Of a stretch of 64,000 nt of DNA, positions 1 to 14,895 are shown piece by piece. Below the pieces are notes generated by a model. That model was not told the DNA's origin. It worked only from the letters and a program-made list of their open reading frames with translations, and searched no databases. The DNA is from Octopus vulgaris (lineage: Eukaryota). The position numbers and the translations under genes were made by a program. The first letter of the stretch is position 1; every line of letters starts with the position of its first letter. The stretch covers positions 36,270,001 to 36,334,000 of the forward strand of contig OX597829.1 in NCBI GenBank assembly GCA_951406725.2, written 5' to 3'.

Positions 1-1839
1 GTTTATAGTTGTTAAATATCAGATTGCTGGAGTTAATGCTATTGCTGTAATGTTTTTACTGTTCTTCGTCGAAATGACTATGATGATGATGATGGTGTTG
101 GTAGTGCTGGTGGTGATGGTGATGGTGGTGATGGTGATGGTGGTGGTGGTGGCGGAGACGGCTCAGACAGCAGTGGATGGTGACACTGGAAATCGGAGAT
201 AATAGTGGTGATGATGGCGGCAATGCATGTATACAAATAAGAGTAGGTATTTACGGGTTGTAGTGAGTGTACAATTTAGTTTATTTCAGTCTGATCATGT
301 CATTGAGTAAGGTATAAACATCATAAATTCTCATTTATGTATAGCCACAAAGAAGAAGTGCGATTAATTATTATTCTTTAATTTTACACGAACATTAGTG
401 ACATAAATGAAATGAAATAGTTACAGACAACAATCCATTGTATTGATGTAATTCTTTATTAATAGTGTTTGTTTTATTTTAGTTCAGTTAGTTTTTAGTT
501 ATCGTATTTGCACTTTTGATAGCGAAGTCTTCTGAAGTCCGTCAGTTACATGAGCTTTAGTTGTGTAAATAAACTGAATTCGTTCAAACTAAGAATTGAA
601 GAAATGTCACGGTCTCAGAACGCAGGAAGCTTACCGTTATACTATGACACCTATTGATTATGTTTGATTATGTACAAACCAATGTTTGTAAATCTCATTC
701 TGCTTCTGACACTTATCTCATTAATCTTAATTAACCTAATAATTATAAATTTACAACCTTCATACATGCAGACAAGAAAAAATATTCATACTGAATTAGC
801 AGACAAGAAAAAATTTTCATACTGAATACGTTGCCATGACTGAATTTAGCTCTAACCCTTTCCATACGCATGAAAAATATTTGAAGAGTTTCTGAGTTCA
901 AGTATTTTGCTTAAACTCTTGCACCAAGCTAATTTCACAATAGCATAAGTATTCCACATTTTCTTATTTCAGCAGCCATAGAGGAGTATCTTTAAATATA
1001 ATAGCCCGGAGAGAAGAGATTATTCCTGATCTTTTACAAGATATTGGAACTGTATGTATTTGTATAAATGCAAGCAGATTGCGGAAACTAAACATATGCT
1101 TCATCATGGACATGACGAGCACCTGTAAGAGAAAGTTCAAAATTGAGTTTAAAGAACAAATCTCACGAAAGTAAAAGAAAATGCTTTAAGCTTGACTAGA
1201 GAGAAAAGCTTTTGTATGTGTGTGTGTGTGAGTGAGTGCGTGTACGTGTATGTGTGAGTGAGTAAGTGTGTGTGCACGCGCTTGTGTGTGTGAGAGAGAG
1301 CAATACGTACATACATAACATGTATACGTACACAGGCGTATACATGTATTTACATATAAATGTGTGAGGGGGGAAGAATTGCATATTATTTTAGCATAGA
1401 AAATGTTTCAAATTTAAATATCCAATTAACAAAATAAGATGATGATTATTACATGAACTGACTAATGGATCTGTTTCGGCGTGATTCAATACAGTAACAG
1501 TAAAAAGTAACGATCATTAGTATGCTGTGGGGAAAAGCTCTAATGTTTTGCACAGTGCTACAGAGATTTTTCCAATTAAGGGCTGTGCATAAAACGCATT
1601 TTTTGCTCTTAATAGCAGGCTAAAATACCTAATTTCTTTCCTTTTTACACACTTATCAATTAACACATATTTACAACAGATGCTTTAGGACACTAAAACA
1701 TTGGTGACATATAATGTAAGACATTTATGATTGACGATATTTTGTTTTATATATATTATTACTACTCCCGCATAAGTTATTCGCAGCATCCATATTTTCA
1801 AAAACATTGTCACTCCGTCTTTACTTATATCTACTTAAT

Positions 1840-1886
<47 letters not shown>

Positions 1887-1985
1887 CAACATATATATAT
1901 ATATATATTCAAAATATGACCGCGTGTGTACCGTTGGCGATTTTTTTCCTCCGCCTTCCTTTCTTTGGATCTTTCCTTTTCCTAC

Positions 1986-2020
1986 GTTTCTGACAAAGAG
2001 CTCCGCTCGAAACGTTAAAC
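1986..2020 (+). ncRNA. Minimal hammerhead-ribozyme-like motif (degenerate core) in a short (AT)n-flanked Penelope-type repeat (~1908-2121)
   Basis: GTTT-CTGACAA-A-GAGC-tcc-GCTC-GAAAC-GTT-AAAC. Stem I is GTTT/AAAC and stem II is GAGC/GCTC. The core CUGACAA deviates from CUGANGA at one base. Confidence 0.55.
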
Positions 2021-2616
2021 CCTCCTCCTTTCCTTCTTTCCTGAGCGTCCAATAATACTATGCTTGTTCCACGTCCTCGCGTTGTTGTGTTTTCTCTTTG
2101 TGTTTTCATGTTTGGATTAACTATATATATATATATATTTATCTATCACTCGATTATTCTCCTCTTTCTCTCTCTTTATATATAAGGAAGATGTGAGAGG
2201 ATGTTGCATTCAAACACACACACACATATCTATATATGTATGAGATGTGAGTATAAAGTCGTTACTTAAAAACGTGTAAATACAAAGTATCCAATGCAAG
2301 AGAAGTGATTCATACACGTACACAAAAAAAACAAAAGAAATCAATAATAAAAAAAAAAATACTTATTTATGGCCTAGTTTTTTTTTTTTTAATAATGGAA
2401 GCAAATAAGGGAAATAATACTTCGAAACATTTTTAAATTCAAGAGTTATGAAGTTTAAAATATCTAATCAATTTATCATATTTCAACCCATGAAAGTAAG
2501 ATTTTTTTCTTTGGTAATCTAAAAATTAACAAAAACAAAATGGTCGCCAATATTGCATGAATATTGTTTGTATATATATCTATGACTATATATTATCTGT
2601 TTATATATACATATAC

Positions 2617-2672
<56 letters not shown>

Positions 2673-2702
2673 ACGTATATACTCACACGCATAAATATGC
2701 AC

Positions 2703-2756
<54 letters not shown>

Positions 2757-4197
2757 GTATGTGTGTGTGTGAGTGATACTGGGAAGAAATTTAAAACATA
2801 ATATATAATATAATGTATATTATACAAATATTTATATATGTATATAATTATCACAAATTTTATTATATATGATGTATAGTATTATACTAGATATATATTT
2901 TATAAACTGTTACTTTTGATAGCTTTGGAAATGCAACACTGCCTTCCTTCGAATCCAAGCTCAATAAGTTTTATTACGTGGCGTAACAACTGTTCTCTCC
3001 CAAACTGGTCAATGTAAGATGTGGCATTGACTCTTTCAAAGAATTTTTCTCAAAACAACGCAGCAACCATATAACCAATTTGTCCCAAAATGGATGTGCG
3101 TGTGTGGGTGTGTTTGTGTATGTGTATTTGTGTGTGCGTGTGTTTGTGTGAGTGTGTCTGTGTGCATGTGTGCGTGTATATGTATCTACCTGCCTGTCAT
3201 TGTGTGTGCGTGTAGACCGCTAAACCTCTCGACAATTTAAATATATGTATATATGTGCTTATAATACACACACACACATGTATATATATACTTATATACA
3301 ACAAAGATGATAAATTAGGAATTCATTAACGGTAGTTATTGTGATTGTGGTGGTGGTGGTGATGGTGGTGGTGGTAATAAATGCAATAGATCAAAAAATT
3401 TGAAAAATAAAGAAAGCAGTTATTTTTCAATTTTTTTTTTTTACGCGTCACGAATGTATCGAAATCCTTTTACAATAGAATTCTGATTATAACAACAACA
3501 ACAAAAAAATCTCTTAATAACTGGAAGATAAATAACAATAGCATAAAAAAAATCAACAACAGATATGTAATTGTCGATGATAATAATAATATTGATGATG
3601 ATAATAATAATAATTGTAATAACAACAACAGTAACAACAATAATATATGTTGATGACATGAAAATAACAACTTAAAAACAGTTGCATTTTGAAAATGTAG
3701 CTAAAATAACAAAAACAACAGCAATTAATATTCAAATGAACAAGATCATAAAATATTAAAAGCAAAATTCAAAACGTAGAAGCTCAAGGGTAAAACTAGA
3801 TCAAAGAATGTGATAGTATGTAATTTTTTAAATAGTTACACGTTTCAAAAGCTTCTAAAACCATGTCACTATATTCACATTAATACTTACGATAACACGA
3901 GTAAAATTATATATATATACAGCAAGCATGGAAGCACTTCATATCTTGATATACATACGTCTTATTCTGTCTGTCTCTCTTTTCCGTTCTATCACTCTCT
4001 CCTGATATACATGTATGTACGTGTGTGTGTGTTTGTGCGCGCGTGTATTGGAGAGAGAAGAAAGACAGACATGTATATGTGTGTGTACTAATGTATGTAT
4101 ATGTGTGTATGTGTACAAGTATATACACATATGTGTGTATGACTGTATTTATGCTTGTATTTTTATTAGGACGATTTCATTTTTTGCGTCTACTCCC

Positions 4198-5184
4198 AGT
4201 ATTAAGTTGGAAGCTCCTTATAATTTATACTATCATTTTTCTTAGCCTTTGTTTCTGTCACTTACCTCACTTTCGTTTCTTCTTTTCTTCCTTTTTTTTT
4301 CATTCCAGTTATTATTCACTTCATTTTGTTCATTTTTTTTTTAGTAATTCCGTGATTCATTTTTACCGCCTTGGAAAATATAAAAGAAAATATACTGTGG
4401 ATAATTTGGTACAAGATACAATATTTCTTGGAAAAATATGGGTTGGTTACAACAAAAATATCTTTGTTCATAAGATAGTTGCATCATGATGGCTAGCCAC
4501 GTATAGGGTTTGAAATCGAAAGCCACAGCACTTACGATAAAGTTGAAAATAGTCGAAAAATCCACATCATATATCAACGGATCAAAAGATGTAATCTAAG
4601 CGTAGCTGAAAGAACACAGATCCTTTTTCAGATCTAAGAACTCTAACACTGCCGAATTCTAATTCCGAAATTTCCAGCGGCTGTTAGCATATGACTAAGT
4701 TCTTGATTGAATAACTGTACCACAGACGCTAAGAAAATATACTGTGGATAATTTGGTACAAGATACAATATTTCTTGGAAAAATATGGGTTGGTTACAAC
4801 AAAAATATCTTTGTTCATAAGATAGTTGCATCATGATGGCTAGCCACGTATAGGGTTTGAAATCGAAAGCCACAGCACTTACGATAAAGTTGAAAATAGT
4901 CGAAAAATCCACATCATATATCAACGGATCAAAAGATGTAATCTAAGCGTAGCTGAAAGAACACAGATCCTTTTTCAGATCTAAGAACTCTAACACTGCC
5001 GAATTCTAATTCCGAAATTTCCAGCGGCTGTTAGCATATGACTAAGTTCTTGATTGAATAACTGTACCACAGACGCTAAGAAAATATACTGTGGATAATT
5101 TGGTACAAGATACAATATTTCTTGGAAAAATATGGGTTGGTTACAACAAAAACATCTTTGTTCATAAGCGAGTTGCATCATGAT
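4198..5184 (-). mobile_element. Second copy of the Penelope-like segment at ~9752-10282, with an internal 347-bp tandem repeat (~2.3 units)
   Basis: Aligns by eye with 9752-10282. Units start AAGAAAATATACTGTGG at 4384, 4731 and 5078 (period 347; ORF-track starts 4577 and 4924 also differ by 347). Confidence 0.8.
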
Positions 5185-5394
5185 GCCCTAACACAATTAT
5201 CACTTCCTTGACTACTTTGAAATATAGAAAACACGAGATGCCACGACGCTCGCACAAATGTTAAGAGCATACATTGGAAACAAAACGCATAGCGATAAGT
5301 TATGCTTTGTTCAAATTGTCCTTTAAGCCTCATGAAGGATTTCTAATTTACTCTCCATGCACTGTTATCTGTTAAGAATTTTGATGCACACACA

Positions 5395-5501
<107 letters not shown>

Positions 5502-7239
5502 GCAAACATTTGCATACTGTTCTCAAACGGAGCGTCAGGGATTTTTAAAAGTCTAATTTCAAACTTCAGAAAAATCTATACTATCACATCGTCCTCAAAA
5601 ACGTATTATTCATAACTTAGTTATACGTAAGTTTGATTAATACATCATAAGCAATTTTAATGTGGGTGTTAGTAAAATATTCTTATGCTGTTCAAAATTT
5701 GAGATCGGTTACATGTGTAGAAAATAACCACACTAATGCATACGTAGTGTGTTTACGTGATTTTATCAACCTACATCGTTATATTTACGAATGTGCACCC
5801 AATAAGTCCATGGAACAACGTTCAACAAACATGACGATTAGAAACCCTTTCTATATAACTTGCCAGACAATACAAGATTTAAATTTGTGCGTTACTAGTT
5901 ATGAGTTCTACCTTCTTTGGAAAAAGGCATAAGCAAGTCTTATAAGAAAAGTGAAAGAGGAGGGCAGACCTCCCACCACCACCAACTCGCTGAGACAAAC
6001 AACATGACTATTCTAGATGGCCTAGGTTGAACTTACCAGCTTTTATAAGCCACCTTCTGGAATCTTCAGCCAAAAAATATTTGGCCTTTCAATGAAGTTT
6101 GACACATCAACTATTGAAAGAGAGTGCTGATAGGTCGAGCCATACTCACACAGGCTTTAATATCTTCCATGGTGACAGTTTTCGGTCCTAGACTGGAAAA
6201 ATCTGAGAGCTGTGATTCAGTTTTCAACCGTGATCTCGCTGCACAATAGTTTTCTGTGTTTTAGTTCTTATTTTTAATTTTAACGATTGAAGTCATCGAC
6301 CGAGGGTTTAAGACTTAATACTTTTAGTGTTTGTCGATACCCGGTGCTCTAATTTCCTATAAACGGAGCTAATGATTTAAATTCAAATTAAATTCAAATC
6401 TGATAACTCATATTATTTATGTCTTTGTATTTATGTACCACATATAGTAATTACAACTTATCCTGAAACTTATAATATTTCATTATACACTGATATGTTT
6501 GGAATAGTTTCTTCATCGTAGTTTTCACAGTGTTTCGTGATTTATACCTTCTAATCCTTTCCAAAGTGTGTTCGGTAGCGGTCACGGAATTTCATACCGT
6601 GCCTTTATTTCAATCTTCGAGGAAAGCTTGTTCTCAAGTTCAAAACCGTCATATTCTCATTTTTATTCTAGTTATTTTAGTTATTCTAGAATTTGTGATG
6701 CAATTTCTTTCGCTTTAACCACGGATATATAACTTACTGATCTACGGACTTAACTCACATCCACTAGTTAAAATGCAGCACTTAGCACTTAAATGCTTTA
6801 CAATCAATATACGACCAATTCGTTTGACAATTAAGTGATGGAAACTAAGAGGTTTAAAACTAACTTTTTCATGAATTTAGGCTTTATATTGTTTCAATGT
6901 TGCTCCCTACATATCTTGACTTTGCAACTAATGAAGACTTGTTTATATGCTTTATTTTTGCATATCCCTCTCCATCACCGCTTTACGCCTTTTTCTAGTG
7001 GAGAATGTCTTAGTTTCCTATTCATTGCTGCGACTTTATGGGTTGAAGTGTACAGAGTTTTTCATAATGATTTCTTCTGGTGGAGTTTAAGCTCGAAAAA
7101 GAGGCTCTCATGCTTTTGGGGAATCCTGAACAATACCTGAAGCCTGATTTCAACCATTCATGCTGCATAGAGAATGAGATCACTCGCAATTTATAATGTT
7201 GAACAAAACCCTAAATGGAAATGCGTACATTTACCTACA

Positions 7240-7560
7240 AGAGACGATAATTGTTATAGAGAAAGGCCATCCACAGCAACAGCTATCCGGGAGACATAAC
7301 GTCAGATTTCAAAAGCAGAAATAAAAAGTCGAGAATGTTGATCAAAGTATCATTTATTGACTGTCTATCTCATATTAAAGGCATATCAGGAAAAACTTCG
7401 TAAAGTCTGATCTGCACGCCTTTTTATGGAGCGCAGACCAGGATGGTATTCAAATGTAGATCCATCTTTCAACTGAAAACGATTTCATCACAAGTAATCA
7501 CAACGACATCTTCGTTGTGATTTCTTGTGACTGTATTACATTCCATCCTATAACGTTGTT
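7240..7560 (+). mobile_element. Possible highly decayed mariner-like transposase fragment
   Basis: Broken translation DDNCYRERPSTAT...EKLRKV*SAR resembles the mariner DDxRSGRPST...RKVxARWVP region. Many stops and frameshifts. Confidence 0.3.
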
Positions 7561-8180
7561 GGAGGGGAAATAAAAGTGAGGCTACCAGCACACTGAAAGT
7601 AAAGCTATAGAAACATAGTCAAGCCATAAACAAGAATCAGGCATGACTGATCATTTGTGAATAGGCAAAAAAAAAAAATGGAAACCCCCAACGTTTGTGG
7701 AACAAAATCAAGATAATATATTGGAAAACATCACTGTTCATAATAGATAAATAATTTAACGATTTATTATTCTTACGTATATTCTTCCAATACAATCTTA
7801 TACCTCACTAAGCCGATCTCTTACTCTAAAATATTATTTGGTATGGACATAGCGTTTAAAGATAAAATTTGCAGACACGGTTTCTGGTCTCCGACTTCAC
7901 TTCACTATTCCATTCAAAACAATTCAAGAAAGGGATAACTTCATGTTACTTACACTTATATTTTCCTGCTAAAACCTGTATATACATATATATATTTAAG
8001 AAAAGGCACGTGACTCTCCTGTTTTATACGAGAGGAGAATCTCGAGACGAATCAATATATTGATTTATCACTACAATATACACCACAATAACAAAACTTG
8101 GTATAAGGCTTTTATTAAAGTTTCTTTTGTTCCATCGAAGAATCATACATATATATAAATATATGTTTGTGTGCGCCTAC

Positions 8181-8316
<136 letters not shown>

Positions 8317-8414
8317 GTATATGTTTGTATATATATATGTGTGTATGTGTGGATATGTATATGTATATACATGTTTATAGAGATAGATAGACAGACGGAC
8401 AATCAGACAAACAA

Positions 8415-8445
<31 letters not shown>

Positions 8446-8506
8446 AACATACTAACAGACAAACAGGCAGACAGGCAGACAGGCAGACAGACAGATAGAT
8501 AGATAT

Positions 8507-8585
<79 letters not shown>

Positions 8586-8968
8586 TGCCTACAAAAAGTA
8601 ACTTAATACAAGTGTCCAAGCTGACGAAATACTTTTGTATTATTGAGTTCTGCTGCTAACTCTTAACAGCTGTGTTAAAGTCATACTTGCAGTTATAAAT
8701 GAAAGTTCTCTCTACAGTCATGACACTTACTTTCTTATTTTTCCATATTTTTTTTTTAAAAAGGACCCAATAGAGAAAAGTTTAGTTAATTTTAAAAGTC
8801 ATGAAATCATAAAATGAGAAAAAAAAATTTATTGTTATAAAATGTTTCAGATGTATGCATTGCATTTCGTAAGTTATGTCATTAAGTTTAAAAAGAAGCA
8901 AGTTGAAGATAATGATATTTAATGATATTTAATGATAATACTCAATATCAATATTTAAGACATGTAAG

Positions 8969-9184
8969 GGAGCGAGCTGGTGGAATTGTTAGCACGCTGG
9001 GCAAAATATGCTTAGCGGCATTTCGCTTATCAGCGCGTTCTGATTTCAAATTCCACCGATGTCGACTTTACTTACCTCCCTTTCTGGATCGATAAAATAA
9101 GTACCACTTGACACCCGGGGACGATACATTAGATTTACTCCTCTTCCGAAATTGCTAGTTTTGTCCCAAAATTTGAAACTAATA
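8969..9184 (+). mobile_element. tRNA-derived SINE, family A (diverged copy)
   Basis: Head GGAGCGAGCTGGTGGAATTGTTAGCACG, B-box-like GATTTCAAATTCC and central GATCGATAAAATAAGTACC. Homologous to 36412-36643. Confidence 0.8.
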
Positions 9185-9249
9185 TTTAATATATGTGTAC
9201 TACTTTAAATGAATCATACAAATGCAAATTAGTAGCGACAACTGAGAAT

Positions 9250-10330
9250 TATTAAGTGGCTAGCCAACTTAGTATCGTTATTTTGTCCCTGTATCAGAAG
9301 GAAGAAATGCGATTAGCATAGCGATTTTTTAATTCGCCTTCACATAATCCGATACAGTTCTTATCGGTTGTGTTATTATCTAGCGTGGTTGTAACTTCTG
9401 CCTCATATATGACGGATCTAATTATACATCGCTGGTCGACTGATCGGGTTCTTGGCTCTCGATAGTTACAACTGGGAGTGGGCTCTTGGGGTTGGTCTCG
9501 TGTAATGATATTCTTCGTAGTGGGGCAGCAGCTATATGATAATTTCACAGAAGGCCTGTTAAATGTTTCTCTGTACCTGTGATTTTATGGAAAATGTTTG
9601 TTTGAGAGAGACAGGAATCTTTTACCTTAGTTTTTACGTTAAGGGAAAAGAGCAGGACGAACCAAATTATTTTCCTAGGTCTATTTTTAGGTCTATTATT
9701 ATTATTCTAATTAATATTAGAGTGGTTATATATTAATTTATCCTTGAAGCCAGTATTAAGTTGGAAGCTCCTTATAATTTATACAATCATTTTTGTTAGC
9801 TTTTGTTTCTGTCACTTACCTTAGTTTCATTTCTTCTTTCCCTCCTTCTTTTCTCATTCCAGTTATTATTCATTTCATTTTGTTCACTTTTTTTAGTAAT
9901 TTCGTGAATCGTTTTTACCGCCTTGGAAAATAAAAGAAAATATACAGTGGATAATCTGGTACAATATACAATATGCTTGGAAAAATATGGGTTGGTTACA
10001 ACAAAAATATCTTTGTTCATAAAATAGTTGCATCATGATGGCTAGCCACGTATAGGGTTTGAAATCGAAAGCCACAGCACTTACGATAAAGTTGAAAATA
10101 GTCGAAAAATCCACATCATATATCAACGGATCAAAAGATGTAATCTAAGCGTAGCTGAAAGAACACAGATCCTTTTTCAGATCTAAGAACTCTAACACTG
10201 CCGAATTCTAATTCCGAAATTTCCAGCGGCTGTTAGCATATGACTAAGTTCTTGATTGAATAACTGTACCACAGACGCTAAGGCACTATCTTTTCAACCT
10301 TATATTTTACGGCCTAGGGGAAAATAATTT
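9250..10330 (-). mobile_element. Decayed Penelope-like retroelement (RT thumb, linker and GIY-YIG endonuclease)
   Basis: The minus strand gives RPRKIIWF..FSLNVKT / GKRFLSLSNKHFP*NHRYRETFNRPSVKLSYSCCP, then SCNYREP...RCIIRSVIYEAEV...KNCIGLCEGELKNRYANRISSF, typical of a PLE linker and GIY-YIG. An upstream VLEFLDL motif is present. Stops and frameshifts throughout. Confidence 0.8.
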
Positions 10331-12659
10331 TAATTTTTCCCCTTTTGCTTCTTACTGATTTCTTTTTCGTTTTCTGGTTTTTCAACCTCCCGTCTTCTAT
10401 ATCTGCTTCTTTCTCGCCTTATCTCACTTTTTCTTTCGTTCTATTGTCCTATTTTTAGTTCGTTGTGCCACATGTAGAGTATCTAATGTTTGTGGTAGGA
10501 CACCAGACGTGTTAAAAAAACACTGGCATGCTCTCAGCACATGAACCTAATAGTAACACATAAATACATATATTTATTAAATAATATTCATCTCTCACCA
10601 GATGGGGTGCTTTTATTATTGGTTTTACCATCACGAAAGAGTACACTACACACACACACATTCACAAACGCCCACACATACACACACATACAGACATACA
10701 TGCATACACACACACGCACACACACACATTAATTCAACACGTACAACTAGCGGAACCACAGTTCGAAAGAATTTAGTCTAATTTTCCTATACTTTTTTTG
10801 AGTCTGTCTATATTTTTCTGGTCCATCGCAGATTTCATCACGGTGGTAGGTTTCATTTCGATTCGTTTTGTAATTGTTCTCACGAAGTTTACTTTTAACT
10901 GCACTTTCAGTTGTTTGTAAAATTGCAGTATGTTTGTTTCCGTTTATTGTTATTATCGCATCAGACGCGGTTTTTTTTTTTTTTTTTTTTTTTTTTCTTT
11001 TCAAAAGAAGAATCCATTACTCTGGTCAGTCTTTTACTTTAATGTGCAATTTTGATGGTTGGTACTGAACGAACTTTTTCTAGGCGAAGGTTGTTTTTGA
11101 TGTAGCTCTATGGCATTATATTTCTAGTAGTTTGGTTATTTTAGATCCTATTTGTTATTCGTCCTTAGTTCTTTACATGTAATTGATAGGGACCTGCAAT
11201 AGCTGACTCGAAGTCTCCTGTCTAGCCATGGTGTATCAAGTATTAATTCCAAGTTTTCAGTTTCCGTTACTTTTCACCATTCGATTACTTTTACGATCTT
11301 CCGTAAAACAGAGGTTTACTCGCATTTATCTGAAGAAGATAACCATTTTTTTCCTTACCAGATTTTTATCAATGGCAAAATTTGCGGAGGTAGCTATTAT
11401 AGCGAAATGAATAACTTCGACATCTTATTATATTGCAGGTATGCATATGTGTGTGCACGAACGATCTTCATAATTTATTGTGTTGATGTTCATACGAATA
11501 CTTGCACATAATATGCACACAATTTTTGTCGTAAAACGATAGGTATGGCTATAACAGAAGTCATATCTAGTGATATTAAGTCTCAGGTTGGTAAGCCGCC
11601 GAATTATATACTGTATTTAGGTCAGCTCTTTACAGGTTGGACTATAAATAAGTACGTTTCACTTCTGAGTGGAACATATATTACTTTATTACCTTGATAC
11701 TATAATATAGAATTTCACACACGCACACAAACACACACACACACATACACACACACACACACTCACTCTCTCTTTCTATCTATCTATCTCTTTCTCCTTG
11801 ACTTTCACTTGAATAAATAGGGAGAAGGAGGCATACCTCCAGTTTGGTGCTCCAGTACCTATTCTTATTCTCTTAATTTTCTGAAAAATATAGATTTTTT
11901 AGATAAAATTTTGTAGAAATAGGTTTTCGATGTAGTAGATTGTAATTATGTTAAGAAAACTTAGAAAAATGAAGTTTTTGGGAGGGTGGAGTAGTTTTGA
12001 ACCATTTTTTCCTTCATCCAGGATTTTGCTATCACCAATTTCTGTAACATTATTATTTTTCACTTCCATTTTAGGTTTATATGTTTGAAATACCAACATT
12101 GTGTAATACACATTCTCGAAAATGTATTTCTGTAAAATGTCGTTGAAAAAATAGTCATTTTTAGGGAAGTTTGAGGAAACAAACGTTTAGGGTATCAACT
12201 GTACATATGCTCTTTCTCTCACTCACTTATATATATATATATATGTGTGTGTGTGTATATGTATATATATTGAAATCTAAAATCAAAATTTAGCTATTCC
12301 AACACATATGACTTAATTCCCGTTTTAAAGATTATTTTATAAAACAAAATGCTTGAACCGTATTACCGACTGAAACGAATTTCCTTAAAAGTATATGCGT
12401 AAAGCTGCTTGCTTTTGTCAGTTCACTGTTTCAAGAAATAATAAAATGGTTGAAACCAATTAAGAAGAGCAACGGATATTAGCACCGAAAAAAAAGGCAA
12501 CGATAGTGACAGAATTTATAAAAGTTAATTTATTAATCTATGTAAGTCATGTTACTCATGGTGCCTATATAAATATATGCGCGCGCGTATGTGTACACAC
12601 ACACACACACACATACGCTAACACGTGTATGTGTGTGTTTCATTGTGTATGTAGATATA

Positions 12660-12775
12660 TACATACATAATACATACATACATACATACATACATACATA
12701 CATAATACATACATACATACATACATATATACATACATACATACATACACACATACATACATACATACATACATA

Positions 12776-12806
<31 letters not shown>

Positions 12807-12920
12807 CATACATATATACATACATACACACACACATACATACATACATACATGCATACACATATACATACATACATACATACATACATACATACATACA
12901 TACATACATACATACATACA

Positions 12921-12950
<30 letters not shown>
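12660..12950. repeat. (ACAT)n microsatellite
   Basis: Direct reading. Confidence 0.95.
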
Positions 12951-12951
<1 letters not shown>

Positions 12952-13909
12952 GGGTATGACTACAAACAGCACCCGGAAGTGGGGCTCTGCTACGGGAGCT
13001 CCAGGGTTTTGAGGAGTGCAGAAAACCACTTGCCCACAATTGTTCCCGAGTGTACTCCAATCCGGAGTAGTAGCACCCGTCAGGGTCCCAGTTATAGCTT
13101 AATTAGAATATGTAATGACAAACAATCTGAACGCGGGGACGTAGAAATACCATTTGTTGGTGTCCAGAACGCGCAATTAAACCACTATTTGTTTTAACTT
13201 CACCTTGCTGTATGTTTCATTTACTCAATAGAATAGAATGGATGAAAATATAAAGGCGAAAAGAAAGGAAATGGGAAAAAAAATGTGTTTCGACTATATG
13301 TAGAATATTGGAAGAAAATGTTGAGATATGAGCGTGGTAAAATTGGAAAATATTTGTAAGCAATTCAGTATGAATAGTTAAATATAGGAAGGGACTAAAC
13401 TCAACGAGAAATGAGAAAAATATAGATTATAGGCGCATAACAGATGATGTCGTGAGCAGAGAACTGAATGAGAGAGTAAAATATAATATATATACGAGTT
13501 AATTTGAGAATATATAATCATGGTCAAATATATGCTCGCTGTCACAAATATTGTATCCCTTCTCTATCTATATACAGATATATAAATGCACAATGCACAT
13601 AAATTATGCTACATATACGTGTAAAGTTAACGGTATATCTGAAATGCTTTCTGTCTTTCTGCTTATTTTCCCATTTATATTTCTGCCAGTTGTGCACACG
13701 CATATAATTGCAAACATACATATTTGCACGTATATAGTCTATGTCCATCTATTTATCTCTTGTATGTGTGCGTGTGTGTGTGTATATATGTCTTTGTGTG
13801 TATACCTTGCACAATTCTTGATAGATGAGGAGCTGAAACAGATTTATTCACCTGTCTATCAATCAATCGAGCTAACTGTCTGTCTGTTTGGCTTCCTGCT
13901 TTGTCTCTG

Positions 13910-14089
<180 letters not shown>

Positions 14090-14445
14090 CGCGCATGTGC
14101 ATGTGTGTGTGTGTGTAAATATATGTAAACTTACATATAATAGATCAGGATTCAAGTCAATCAGGCACTTAAATGGTAAAGCACCGGATCGGGTGGGAAA
14201 GTAAAACGTGTACAGGACAAAAATAGAGGAAGACATACTACTGCGGGTAGCGAATCACAGGCAGAAAGATATTGAGGTTATGTATACGATTAACTATACC
14301 CAACTGAGTATATCAATAACATTGAGATTAATCCGTGATGTTAACAACTGAGGTTAATCGCACTAAAAGCACGGTCCATAATATGCCTCGGATCTACGCA
14401 AGGAATAGGTTGCGAGAGAGGTGAATTATGAATACACAAAGAAAT

Positions 14446-14566
14446 AACAACAGATGGATAATGTGGCAATTCACTACAGCTGTTTCCAACAAATTTTTAA
14501 TTGATTAATTGATGAAAATTCATTGGAAACAGCTGTAGTGAATTGACACATTATCCATCTGTTGTT
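14446..14566. repeat. Fold-back inverted repeat (44-bp arms, 1 mismatch) carrying the hammerhead 3' half GAAAC-AGCT-GTA
   Basis: 14446-14489 is the reverse complement of 14523-14566. GAAACAGCTGTA at 14526-14537. Confidence 0.85.
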
Positions 14567-14651
14567 TATTTATTTACAAACATACAATCATACATATATA
14601 CACATATATACATACATGCATGCACACATACATACAAACATACATACACAC

Positions 14652-14682
<31 letters not shown>

Positions 14683-14797
14683 CATACATACATACATACA
14701 TACATACATACATACATACATACATACATACATACATACATACATACATACATACATACATACATACATACATACATACATACATACGTACGTACGT

Positions 14798-14895
14798 ACG
14801 TTGAAATTCCAATGAAGGAGTCTTGGATCTAGGTTAAAAACCGGCTCTTTCTCTATTGGCAAGAAATATTGGAATAAAACTGAATAATGACATAT
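14798..14895 (+). repeat. ~95-bp interspersed repeat followed by an (ACAT)n tail; second copy at ~16455-16550
   Basis: ACGTTGAAATTCCAATGAAGGAGTCTTGGATCTA...AATGACA(T/C)ATA occurs twice, each time running into (ACAT)n. Probably a retroelement 3' end. Confidence 0.75.

Noticed and set aside
4384-5184. 347-bp tandem repeat as a retrozyme array or CRISPR-like array
   Set aside because: No CUGANGA box on either strand of the unit and no repeat-spacer structure. It is a duplicated PLE segment.
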